64,000 nt of DNA, from positions 144,460,001-144,524,000 of the forward strand of contig JAGIQG010000001.1 in assembly GCA_024679065.1 (NCBI GenBank), in the 5' to 3' direction. A model generated the notes under the pieces. It was not told where the DNA came from, ran no database searches, and saw only the letters and a list, made by a program, of their open reading frames with translations. The translations under genes and the position numbers were made by a program. Numbering within the stretch: position 1 is the stretch's first letter; each line of letters begins with the position of its first letter. The DNA is from Sphyrna mokarran (taxonomy: Eukaryota). This document shows positions 12,133 to 24,375 of this stretch, one piece after another.

Positions 12133-12799
12133 AGAGGATGACAACGCATACACATTCCAAGGACTCTGTACAATTCAAGAATCCATATTTGCATGTCATC
12201 TTGTGCAGATTGTTCTGAAATCATAAATAGCAGGCAAATGTAGAACCGTCTTAAACCAGTATTTCGTATTTATTTGTTTACTAATGCTAGCACTTGCACA
12301 GCAACATCCAGATTTTTTTTGTTATTGGACTATATATTTTGTACCATTGTATCTGACTGATGGCTTCCTGAAGACTAGATGTGAGATTTTCACTATCGTG
12401 TTTGCAGTTTCTAAGTAAGTATATTGGTAAACTGATGGCGAGTTGCCATTTAGCAGATGACACAGTGCCATACTTCAGTTTCTTAAGGTTACACTGCACT
12501 GTTGCCAGTAAAGAGTCAACTATCCTGACATCATTTTAACACACTAAACATTTCACCATAATTTGGACCAAGATGAATAGAGCCATGTACTTCAATATAA
12601 GCAGAAGTGCACAGATTTGCGCTCACATGACTAGCGAGCAATGTTACTCAACACTGCCAATAGACAGTCGAGTAGACAGTCCTCTAAAGCCAATCCCACA
12701 ACATAACCATGGATCTATGATCTGACTAGTTTATCATATTTTTTCACCTTTGTTGCCAGCTTAAGATATTGCAGGGTAAAGTCAAATGGCAACAATATT

Positions 12800-12911
12800 G
12801 ACCAGAATTGATTGCTAGCGAGAATGGAGAATTTGGTGCTCAGCCAAAATTCCATTCACTGCAGCGGGACAGGAGAATTTCAACTATGGGCAAAGTCAGA
12901 GAATTTTGATC
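12800..12911. mobile_element. Short MITE-like element in the CXCL8-like 3'UTR
   Basis: Imperfect termini gaccagaatt...aattttgatc; related sequence in opposite orientation at ~46370-46470. Confidence 0.45.
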
Positions 12912-13157
12912 ACTATTTCTTATATTACTATTATTGTCAGTATTAATTCTGATTCTGTTAGTTTATTACAAAACCATTTAATACCCTTCACTATTTATGT
13001 CTATCCAACATCAAATGATTATTCTTGTATCTATTGCATGCAGGAACAACAAAATAGCTTTTGAAACTTTTTTCTTGATTACCTTTAATTTAATTTAATT
13101 GTTCTAATAGGTTGCACTCCTTAGAATTGTTATACTTATCAAGAGATCACATTTTTC

Positions 13158-13233
13158 ATTTATTTATTGTAGAGCTGAAATGTGCAATGTCTTGCTTCCT
13201 TAATAATTGAATTTGCTTAAAATTATAAATAAA
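13158..13233 (+). promoter_or_regulatory. CXCL8-like 3'UTR AU-rich element and polyadenylation signal
   Basis: ATTTATTTA at 13158-13166 in an AT-rich UTR; AATAAA at 13228-13233. Confidence 0.55.
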
Positions 13234-13599
13234 ATATTTTGGAGTTATTATTTAACATGTATATGAATTTTATTGTATAATACACTACACGATAGGTTTA
13301 ACTTACACAGGGGTTACAGAGTGTCACAAAATGACACAACCATGTCTAACCTCTCCAAGAGACCTCTCAACAAACAGAATCTCCAGAACGTGTGCTGATT
13401 GTCATCAAGGGCAGATGATTTGACATCTGAAAATAATGGATTAGTTTCCTAAGTGTTGTGAATAAGGCCAGAGGATTCAGGAAGTGGAGACTTGTAGCTT
13501 GCACATTGCTCCATAATCTGTGACTAATTACCCAGTCAATTTGACACAGCTTCCCTTTCTCAAAATTTGTTGCTTGAGGCTCAGCAGCTTCTGGAAGCA

Positions 13600-14180
13600 A
13601 ACCCACTCCTTAGTCCACCCTTTCTCTCTGCTCCTCCCCTCCATCCACCTCCCCTCCCCTCCATCCACCTCCTCTCTGCTCCTCCCCTCCATCCACCTCC
13701 CCTCTGTCCCCTCCTCTCTGCTCCTCCCCTCCATCCCCTCCCCTCCGTCCACCTCCTCTCTGCTCCTCCCTCCATCCACCTCCCCCCCGTCCACCTCCTC
13801 TCTGCTCCTCCCCCCCCCTCCATCCACCTCCCCTCCGTCCACCTCCTCTCTGCTCCTCCCCTCCATCCACCTCCCCTCCGTCCAGTTCCACTCTGTTCTT
13901 CCCTTCCATCCACCCTCCTGTCTACTTCCATCCTGTTTCTCCACTCCGTCTGCTGCCACTCTCTGTTGCTCCTCTCTGTTCACTTCACCTACCCTCTCTG
14001 CTGCCCCCTCTATTCACCTGCCCACCCCCCATCCTCTCCCTTCCATTCTCCTCCCCTCTCTGCTGCTCCTCCTCCTTTTCCTGATCCCTCCATTCACCTA
14101 CCCGCCCTCAGCGCATTTCTCTCCAATCCCTCCCCTCTCTGCCACTCCCCTCCATTCACCTCCACTGTCTGCTGCCCCCC
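13600..14180 (+). repeat. Pyrimidine (C/T)-rich degenerate minisatellite
   Basis: Repeated ctcctctctgctcctcccctccatccacctcccct units; source of the low-complexity ORFs in several frames. Confidence 0.9.
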
Positions 14181-17100
14181 TGTCCAGCAGCAGGCCCATG
14201 AATAGCAGACTGCTGCTGCTCATATTGCTCCTTGTCCAAAGTCCAATCTTAATGCAGCCATTGCTCCCAATCTGACCACTCAGTCCTCGCCCGCCACAGT
14301 GTTCCAGTGAAGCTCACCATAAGCTTAAGGAACAGCACCTCATCCTTTGACTGGATACTTTACCGCACTCTGGACTCAAAATTGAAATCAACCCAGGTGC
14401 TTCTTTGCCAGTTTGTTTTTCACTCTTATTTCTCTTATTTCCTCTATGTTTTGTTCTGATGACAGCTATTCTGCTACTCAGAACTCCTCTAGACACATCT
14501 GTTGTTTTTTACGTGTCCCACTACCACTCCCTTGGGTCTTGCAATGTGAAACCTTTTGTCATTTAATCCCTCCCACCCACCACTCTGTACAGACGGTCCC
14601 TTTTTTTATGCACAATCCTGCTTTCACTTGTTCAAAACCTACTTGATATCTAGTTTTTCCCCACTGCTAATGAACCTAGAATGTTTAACTCTGTTTCTTT
14701 CTCACAGATGTCAATGGGCATGCTGAATATTTTCAGCATTTTCTGTTTTATTCCTGACTTTCAACATCCATGTTATTTTGCATTTGTGTAGTTGTGATCT
14801 GTCATGACAACCATTGAAGTCAGCTGTATCAACATTTAAAAACTTAGCAATTACGGTTAAATGTCTCCTTTTTATACCTAATATTGAATTTAATCGTATT
14901 AAGATCGCTGTTAAATAAATTTTCCCCTGCTGAAGTATCTTGTACGTTTGAGAATATTTCTTTTTGGCACACAATGTCTTCTGATAATTCTAGATGTTTT
15001 CCTCCAACAAACATATACATTCCACTTTTTAAAATATTTCCATCAGTTTATCATTAGCAGATAGTCTCTTACAGTAATAATCTGTCAGCAAATAAGGTCA
15101 CTTTGCTTGCACGATTTCCTGACAAAACACAACAATCCAAGTCTCCAAATTCTTATCTGATTTCAAGAATTTCATTTATTTGTCAAATATATAATTTGGG
15201 ATACAATTAATTAAAGTATCATTTAATCAATTTTTGAATCTGATTTGTGTAAAACCCCTTCCCTCCCATAGAAAATCATCTTTAAGATCAATTGATCTTA
15301 ATAACTTTGCTGTTCTTAATGACTCCCATTATCTCCAATCTTTAGAGCATGACGCAAGTCACATAACTCAGATGATGAAAAATATTATGAGATTAATTTA
15401 ATCAAAAATAGTTATAAAAAGCTTCAGTTGCCAGCATCACTAATTCATTCACAAGTCCTTTGTAAAATTCATTTGCATTATTTCATGTTTCACCCATTTT
15501 TTAAAATATTAGTCGCATTCCTGTCCATAACTAGATCTAATCTATATTATCTGCACTAAGGCATTCATACAGGAGAGTACAGCAAGAAGTCTGACAACAC
15601 TGGGTTTAAGTCCAAATCGGTTGTTTATCCCAGTCCAACACTGGCATCTCCACTACAGGAGAATATCCAGTGTGCTTCACAGCTGTGCAAAGAAAAAGCA
15701 AATTCAGATGTCCTCGTACCCTATTGTTCTTGAAGTGTTTTTTCACATAAGATCTGCACTTTGTCAATGTTTTACAACTGTGCTTTCATTTATATCATTA
15801 TTATACTAATACTTCGACTTCACATCACAATCAGATATGACTGTGGGTTTTGAGCAGAGATAATCCAATGGTGCTCCACTAGCTACATTATGAATAATGA
15901 TTCAAACCTTCTCATATTTAATATTCACAGCTGCTCGTGATTGCTAGCCCTAGCTTGGACTCACTGCTAGGCTGAGAAGTATCTCAGCAGACATCTGTGA
16001 AAAGGGAACATAATCGGAAGTTCTAGGAAGCCTAATGCAAAGAAACATGAAATGTTGTTAATCACCATTAGACAGTGCCTGATATGCCACTGCATGATAA
16101 TATTTCGGACCATCCAAATGAGTTTGTGGGGCAGGACTGGAAGACCTATCAAAATCTGGGAGCATTATGATTGTAGATGCTTTGAGTAAGGACTGTGCAG
16201 TGGAAGTGCTGGAGATTCGTAAGGTAGGAGAACATTTTCTTAAAAGAAAACTAGTAGAGGAAGTAATAAACTTCAGGGATGCAAACTATCAACAAGTAAA
16301 AGTTAATTAATTCTTACTTGTGGAAAGTAAAGAGGAAGAATGAATTCAGTCAGATAAGAGTAGCTTTCCCCACAAGAAGAAAAACAGTTCAGACTAGTAT
16401 TGCTATTTCCCTGTTTTACTGGTATTCCATTTTAAAATATACAAGACCAGTATTGCTATTTCCCTGCTTTTTCCTTTCCGATCTCCAAAATTGCACTTTC
16501 CTTTTCAAAAAAAAATCAAATTGCAAATTTCAGTGGAACTAAATCCATTTTATTGGAATAATTTTCCTGTCCTGCCTGCTATGGGAATTGTAGCGGGCAG
16601 GATATGGACAAAAGGTGCGTTGACCTTGGGCATGATTTTCCAGGCTTGGAGTGAGCGCGGCCAGAAAATCTTGCCCATGTGTCTCTATTTCAAAATGTAT
16701 CAAGCCCATCTTCAAACACACTTTCCCTAATCCCTTAATTCTCCCATTTGCTGAGGATATAATTTCACATTGAAATAAACAGTCAAAAACCATCAAAACA
16801 AAAGTAAAATACCACAGATGCTGCAAGTCTGAAATAAAAAGAAAATACACTGGAAAAAATACACTGGAGAAAGAAACTGAGTAAATTGTCTGAAGTGAAT
16901 ATGACTTCTTCAGGTTCTGAACAAAAGTCACATTGGACTCCAAGTTTTAACTCTCTCTCTATCCAATAACCATTCACATTTCTGTGCACCTTAAAAATAT
17001 TGATTTCTAGATTAATTAGCTCTAAAAATACCATTTTTCATGATAAACCCAAATTGTGCGCATAGGGGTTATTACATAATTTGCAGAACTAATTTCCATA

Positions 17101-18783
17101 GTGGCCTTCCATAGAAATCAATTTCTTTAATTTGATCATTTAATTAAACAGTCCAAATTACTCCAAAACTTTGAAGTTTAAAAATAGAAAATGGTCATTG
17201 TTTCTGATAAATAGATCTTCAATTGCTAACATCACTATTAACTTTCAAGGACTGTTGAAATGGAAAGACAAATCTACCATTTGAAGTGGCTGCTCTTCAA
17301 TTTCTGGCTCCACTTCAGCCAGAACTGGACTGCACTGGACTGTTGACCAGCTGATGTGGAGAGAGCTTGCTTATTGGAGGGCCTCCTCAGGACTACTGCT
17401 GGGCTTGGCTAAGGCAGCCACACACAAGATCAGGCAGTACGCAGTGAAAAGGAGCTAAACCATCTGCGTCTCTTCCAATAGTTGCATTCATGCTGGCTGA
17501 ATTTGGACCGGGAGTATGTGGGATTGCCAGTGGGCTTGATGCCTTCCACAGCCAATGAGCACAGGAGGGACTGGAATGCTTTGTTGATATGCAGAATCAT
17601 ATTCTAATTTAATTTGTTAGGTTCCATTTTGTTTAAACCATAATATCAGTTTTCATAAGGAAAAAACAGTAAAACTTGGGAAATTACTGATGCTAGTCTG
17701 AACCGGTACGATGTACATTAAAGAGAGCTCAAGTCTGTATCAGTACCCACCATTTCCAAGTTTTAGTGATTTCTCCTTGTTTGTGTCTGCTTCTTCAAAG
17801 TTGTCACTAGTTAACTGGATAATGACATAATTATCTAAATTGGTAATTAATAAACAGGATTAACTTTCAAAATCACATCACTAGCAGCAAACTTTCACGC
17901 ATTCTTTCTTTTTTCTTTTTCTGTGGTATCTTTTTCAACAATCAGTTAATAATCAATGTAATCTCCAATTTTTAGCTGGTTACTATGATATCATCTGGAA
18001 ATCTTTTCTTGTCTGGATTTCAGCAAGACCAGCTTTATCCATGTTGGGAAAAGCTGGTGTTTTTCGACACAGCAAATTGTACTTACATTCCGAAATTCCA
18101 TCCTTCAATTCTTTCATCCCACCCTCCACTTTGAAGGTTCCTCTCAATGCTCACCTATTTTTTCAAACTTCTGGTTAACCCTCCTAATATCAACTTCTGT
18201 CTCAGCCTCTCTTATTATCTGATTATGCTTTTGTGAAAAGTTGGGATACATTTTTCTGTGAAACAGGCATAATATAAATGCGAGGTGTTGTTGGATCAAT
18301 TTAATTGACATCGAAACTTGAAAACTCCAATTAGATTGCCCCAGTGGCAATAAAAAAAATGATAAAACCTGGCTTCAGATTTGGTCACAACATTCTTACA
18401 GTTACTTAATTATTTTAAGTCGGGAAAAGCCCCCAAATATTAGCCTTCTATTAGAATACAGGATATGCAAAATAACATATCAGCAGATGTCTGGGTATAA
18501 AGTGTTGCCATTTCCTGGCTGTAGCCACAGATTTACTGTATTTAGACCTTCTACTATTTCCAAAACCTTCGTAATTCCCACAAGGGAATTCAGAATGAAA
18601 AAAACAATGAGGTGGCTTTACAATATTTAAGCAGAGCAAAAGGAGCAGTTTCAAATTGGGCAGCTGTTTAGCGTGTAAAAGTTGTCGATGGGGCACACCC
18701 AATGAGGACATCATCCCTTTCCCACTCCTCGCCCTGACCCTTCCCCAACCACCTTCCCACAGTTTCTAAGGGAGGTGAAGATC

Positions 18784-19120
18784 TAGTGGTATTATCACTA
18801 GATTATTAATCCAGAAACTCAGCTAACGTTCTGAGGACCTGGATTCGAATCCTGCCACAGGTGATGGAATTCGAATTCAATAAAAAATATCTGGAATTAA
18901 AAGCCTAACAATGACAATGAAACCATTGTCAATTGTCAGAAAGACCCATCTGCTTCATTCATGTCCTTTAGGGAAGGAAAGTTACTGTCCTTACCTGGCC
19001 TGGCCTACATGTGACCTCAGAGCCACTGCAATGCGTTTGACTTTTAACTGTCCTCCAAGGGCAACTAGGGATAGGCAACAAATGACAGCCAACCAGCAAC
19101 TCCCGTGTCCCACAAGCAAA
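18784..19120 (+). mobile_element. tRNA-derived SINE, family B
   Basis: tagtggtattatcactag (A box), ggattcgaatcc (B box); body shared with 5682-5963 and 55853-56175. Confidence 0.7.
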
Positions 19121-19186
19121 AGAGAAACTTGTTTTTCTGAGCATGAAGGAAGAACATTCACAAGCAATCAAGCAGGTCCATCTATT

Positions 19187-19395
19187 AACATAGAACATAG
19201 AAAACTACAGCAGAAACAGGCTCTTTGGCCCACAAGTTGCGCTGATCATATCCCTACCTACTAGGCCTACCTATAACCCTCAATCCATTTAATTCCCATG
19301 TACTCATCCAGAAGTTTCCAAAAGACCCCAATGAGTTCTCATCCACCTCCACCGACAGCAGCCAACTTCACTCACCAACCATCCTCTGAGTGAAT
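19187..19395 (-). mobile_element. CR1 LINE 3' end fragment
   Basis: (catagaa)n tail and 3'UTR similar to 56200-56730. Confidence 0.7.
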
Positions 19396-19799
19396 AAATA
19401 TGGAAATCAAACTCAGGTGATATCACAAGTGTAAGCTTTTAAGAATGTTTAGAGAGATAGGGCATTGCAAGGGTTAAATGACCCCAAGTATTTTTCTAGA
19501 GGTTTAGCTGTTAACAAGTAGACCACCTTGGACCTTCTGCTGATTGCAGTCCTAAGTTGCATCATGAGTGATCACACAATTGCAAAGAAAACACGTGCTC
19601 TTGCTTAAAATCTGAAGAAAAAGAAAATTGGTGACCCATTCTTAGGAGTAATGTTTGCTAAGGAACATTAATTGGGGCAATGCATGATTGCACTGCACCC
19701 AATGGATCTCATGCAGGCAGCAAACAAACTTCATGTTGTCTGTGATCTTTATGACAGTAGCTTGGAATTCAGCGCAAAACATATTGCTGAATGACCACA

Positions 19800-21512
19800 T
19801 ATAGAACATAGAACATAGAACATTACAGCACAGAACAGGCCCTTCGGCCTTCGATGTTGTGCCGACCAAAATAAAAAGCAATGCCCCTCCAAACTAACCA
19901 TTCCCTTCTCTTCCATATACTTATCAATTAACCTCTTAAACGCCACCAAACTTGGCGCATCTACAACAGCTGCAGGCAGGGCATTCCACTCCCTAATCAC
20001 TCTTTGAGTAAAGAACCTACCTCTGATATCCGTCCTATAACTCATACCCCTTAATTTAAAGCTGTGTCCCCTCGTGCTACTTTCTCCATCCTAGGAAAAA
20101 GGCTATCACTGTCCACCCTATCTAAACCTCTAATCATCTTATATGCTTCAATAAGATCCCCTCTTAGCCGCCTCCTTTCTAACGAAAACAACCTCAAATC
20201 CTTCAACCTCTCTTCATAGGACCTGCCCTCCATACCAGGCAACATCCTAGTAAACCTCCTCTGTACCCTCTCCAATGCCTCCACATCTTTCTTATAATGT
20301 GGCGACCAGAACTGCACACAATACTCCAAGTGCGGCCGCACTAGAGTTTTGTACAGCTGCAACATGATGCTGCGGCTCCTAATTTCAATCCCCCTACCAA
20401 TAAAAGCTAAGACTCCATAAGCCTTCTTAACAACTTTATCCACTTGACTGCCTACTTTCAGGGAGCTATTGACACATACCCCAAGATCCTTCTGTTCCTC
20501 AACACTATTAAGAGCCCTACCATTAGCCCTATACTCTACACATTTATTGTTCCTGCCAAAGTGCATTACCTCACACTTTTCCACATTAAACTCCATTTGC
20601 CACCTCTCGGCCCAGCTCTGCAACTTGTCCAAGTCACTCTGTAAACTAAAACACCCCTCTTCACTATCTACCACTCCACCAACTTTAGTATCATCTGCAA
20701 ATTTACTGATCCATCCCTCAATACCCTCATCCAGATCATTTATAAAAATTACAAACAGCAGGGGCCCCAAAACAGACCCCTGAGGCACACCACTCGTCAC
20801 CGAACTCCACGATGAATATCTCCCATCAACCACCACCCTCTGTCTTCTATCTGCCAGCCAATTCCTAATCAATTAGCTAAATCACCCTCTATTCCACACA
20901 TCTGCATTTTCTGTAGAAGTCTTCCATGGGCCACCTTATCAAACGCCTTACTAAAGTCCATATATACTACATCAACCGCCTTACCCCCATCCACCTCTCT
21001 GGTCACTTTCTCAAAAACTCAATGAGGTTAGTAAGGCATGACCTACCCTTCACGAAACCATGCTGACTATCCCCAATCAATTCATTTCTCTCTAAATAAC
21101 TATAAATCCTATCCCTAATAATTCTCTCCAATACCTTGCCCACAACAGAAGTAAGACTCACTGGCCTATAATTCCCTGGAATGTCTCTCTTCCCCTTCTT
21201 AAACAATGGGACCACAATCGCTATCCTCCAGTCCTCCGGAACCACACCCGTAACCAACGAGGACCTGAAGATCAGAGCCAGAGGCTCTGCAATCTCCTCT
21301 CTTGCCTCCCAGAGAATCCTAGGGTAAATCCCGTCCGCCCCAGGGGACTTATCCAACTTCAAACCCTCGAGAATTTCTAACACATCCTCCCTATCTACTA
21401 CAATACTTCCCAACTTGCAATCCTGTACCTCAGTGATCTCCATAGCTACATTTCCAGCACTCTGCGTGAATACCGAAGAGAAATATTTATTCAGTGCCTC
21501 ACCAATCAGCAA
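19800..21512 (-). mobile_element. Young 5'-truncated CR1 LINE (RT domain and 3'UTR)
   Basis: ORFs 21003..21512 and 20051..20872 contain PGNYRPVSLTS, QHGFVKGRSCLTNL, GVPQGSVLGP and FADD; (TTCTATG)n tail at 19800-19822; broken by small frameshifts. Confidence 0.95.
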
Positions 21513-22164
21513 GGGCAGGTAGATTCATGCAAGGTAACATTAATTAAAGCTAGCCTGTTCCTCCGAAGCAAGAGAGAAGTTTTGGCTGTAACAGACGCTC
21601 AATGTGGCTGGGCAAGACATTCTCAAGAAGAAGAAACAAGAGTTCTGGACCATCAGGCTGGAGAGGGAACTCCTCAGTCAGGATGTACAGAACTGAGTCT
21701 GTTACTGAGGTTAGAAAGATAAAGAGAGTTTATCTCTCCACAGGGAATCAACCCTGAGGTGACCCTTCAGAAATAAACTGTGAAGGGAGGGGAAGTGGAT
21801 AGCCACGGAGATCAATGTCAACTGTGGTGCTACAAGGGCCTGGTGAACCTTGGCCAAGCTGTCAGGTCTATGCACATATCTTCAAATGCCAATACCTTCC
21901 AAATGCACCACCATCCTCACACCCTGATAAATGTACCACACCTCCATCACTCATTCATCAGCAATCCCTGGCCTTCCCTCCTTCTGTGCCATATAACCCC
22001 CTGTGCCTCCTCTACCACCCCCTACACCCGCCTTCACCCTTTTATACTGACCTGGTCCTGGACTCCAGGACTGCTGGTGATCTAAGTCCTGCCCATTGCT
22101 GCTCTGCTGGGACAGCCCAGCTGTTGGCAGCTATCTGAGTTGGGGCTTTGTAGAGTATTAAAAA

Positions 22165-22315
22165 ATGAAAGCAAAACACTGCGGATGCTGGAAATCTGAA
22201 ACTAAAACAGAAAGTGCTGGAAAAATTCAGCAGGTCTGGTAGCATCTGTGGAGAGAAAATAGAGATAATGTTTTGAGTCCATATGACTTCTTCAGAGCTC
22301 TGAAGAAGAAGCATT
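22165..22315 (-). mobile_element. Short Penelope-like dispersed repeat (other copies at ~6780-6870, 14650-14780, 16790-16960, 36105-36190, 38710-38810, 41185-41300)
   Basis: Shared ctctccacagatgct..cagacctgctga..ttttccagca..ttctgttttt..ttcagatttccagcatc; palindrome ttcttcagagctctgaagaa. Confidence 0.6.
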
Positions 22316-23479
22316 AGAATGGCCAGTTATTCTTCAAGTTAACAAGTTAAGAGGATGAGGATACTGAGAGAAGGAAGCAAATTAGGAAACACACTAGCCC
22401 TAATTTCCAATGGAATGGAAATTGAGTCAGATCCGATTCCACTCAGATGTACGTACTTGGAAATCCAGGAAACCAGATCTCACCCAATCTTTCTACTCTG
22501 GACAAATCTGGAGCATGAGCCTAGGCCCAATGCCTAGAGCTGTAGAGTTACAGGTCAGTAAGCCACTATGGCATTCTCTCCTGCCATAAACAGGGCGAGT
22601 TTAATAGTGGAATCAGGTTTAAGGTCTTTGACAGGCAAAGGAGAAGGCATATGTGTAAATCAAAGAGGAAAGATTGAGTGGCTTCAGGTTAAGTCTGGTC
22701 AGATCAGGCCCCTGGGATTGGATAGGATCCTGTGAGGTGGGATGTTGGGTTAGTTCAAGCTCTGCCAGTTGGTGTCAGGTCAAACCCCGAGAGGGAGACT
22801 ATTGGATCCTGCTGGGTTCTGTGAGGTGGGGTGTTGGATGAGACTGGGCCCTGTAGTGGTAGGAAGACAGGTGAAACTGGGCCCTATGAGGGTGCAGTCT
22901 AAGGTCTGTGGGGCGGGAATGAGGCAGGGTGTCAGGTCAAGCTGGGTGCTAAGTGTGAGAGGGTGTTTTCTGTTAGATTGGGCCATTGGGTTGGGCTCTC
23001 TGTGAGGGGGGGGGGGGCGCTGTTGGATCCCCATGAATCCTGTGAGTTGGGGAGTTCATCTAGGGTGCCTAGGGATTGGGGACAGTCCCATCGGGATGAT
23101 ATGGGGACATCCCTCAGACTATCAGAACGTGGGGGAAATCCTATGAGGTGTAATGGAGGTTCAGGGGTGTGGCAGAAGTTCCATAAGGGTTTGATCTAGG
23201 TCTGTGCAATATTGTCCAGTAGTTAAGAATTGACTTTAATTCTGCCAACTTATTCTGGGAATCTATTGATATAACACATATCGAATCATCTGAAATTTGA
23301 TATTTAGATCACATTTTTGGATGGTTTCCAGTGCAGGACAACTGTCCAGAGGAAATTTGCACTTTTGGACAATTGCTACACAAACTTTAACTAGGAGTCT
23401 CCAGAAGAGGTGTTCCCCAGCACATATCCCCAAGGGATATCTACACAAGTACAACACCCTCAAAAGTTACTGGCCCAAG

Positions 23480-24375
23480 GATTAGGGTCGAGGCTCCTGC
23501 TTTTCTTGATATATATTAATGACTGAGAATTGTTTGTACAGGTTACAGTTTCAAAATCTGGAATTGTCACAAAATTTGGAAGTATTGAGAAGTGTGAGGA
23601 GAATAGTGATGAACTCCAATAGGATATAGACTAGGTGGAATATACAGATGAAATCTATTGTAAAAGAGTATATGATGTAATTGGAAAATGAGAAGAGACA
23701 AAAACAAAAGGCATAATTCTAAAGGAGTTGGAGGAACAAGAGGCCTGGGATATATGAGCAGAGATCATTGATGGTGGCAGGGCAAGTTAAGAAAGCGGTT
23801 AAAAGGCGTATGAGATTTAGGGTTTTATAATTAAAAAGTACAAAAGCAAAGGAACTATGGAAAACCTGTTTTAAACTGGTCCAATCTCAGCTCGAGCGTC
23901 AGGTCAAATTGTAGGCTTCACACTTTAGTAAAGATGTGAAGGGTGTGGAGAAAAGATTCATGAGTCTGATTCTAGGAATCAGAGAGTTCCGTTACATGGA
24001 AGTGTTCGTTATGCTAAGGCTGTTCTCCTTAGAGGAGAGAAGGTTGAGAAGAGACTTGTGAGCAGTGTATAAAACCAAGATGGGTCTAGAAGGCAGACTA
24101 TGTAAAGAGAAATCATTCCTTTTTGGTGGGAGGCTTGAGAACCAGGAAAACTAATTTAAGTATTTCACACAGTGAGTGCTTAGGACCTGGATTCACTGTC
24201 TGAACTGTGGTGGAGGAAGATTTAGCAGGGGCTTTCAAAGGGAACTTGAATAAACACCTGAAGCAAAAGATTTGTCAGGCTACAGGAATTGAGACTATCT
24301 CAGTTGTTCTTGAAGACAGCTGATACAGACATGATGAACTGAATGTCCTCCTTTTGCTCTGTGCTATAACTGTTC
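23480..24375 (+). mobile_element. Old degenerate CR1 RT/3' fragment
   Basis: Decayed equivalents of CR1 ORF2 C-terminal DNA (e.g. ttgttctccttagaggagagaaggttgagaagagac). Confidence 0.65.

Noticed and set aside
12287-12499. Minus-strand ORF ending ..WMLLCKC* (CXC-like)
   Set aside because: Stop immediately after CKC; antisense to the chemokine 3'UTR; no exon structure.
13520-14275. 251-aa Pro/Ser-rich ORF and overlapping Gly/Glu/Arg-rich ORFs
   Set aside because: A C/T-rich low-complexity repeat is open in most frames; no splice or homology support.
16110-16310. Open frame GLEDLSKSGSIMIVDALSKDCAVEVLEIRK with possible donor
   Set aside because: No convincing acceptor and no recognisable homology.
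20444-20783. + strand ORFs antisense to CR1 RT (also ~50887-52469 and ~58521-61740)
   Set aside because: Shadow ORFs of LINE coding sequence.
22690-23200. G-rich segment with several short ORFs
   Set aside because: Degenerate low-complexity or TE-internal sequence; no coherent coding signal.
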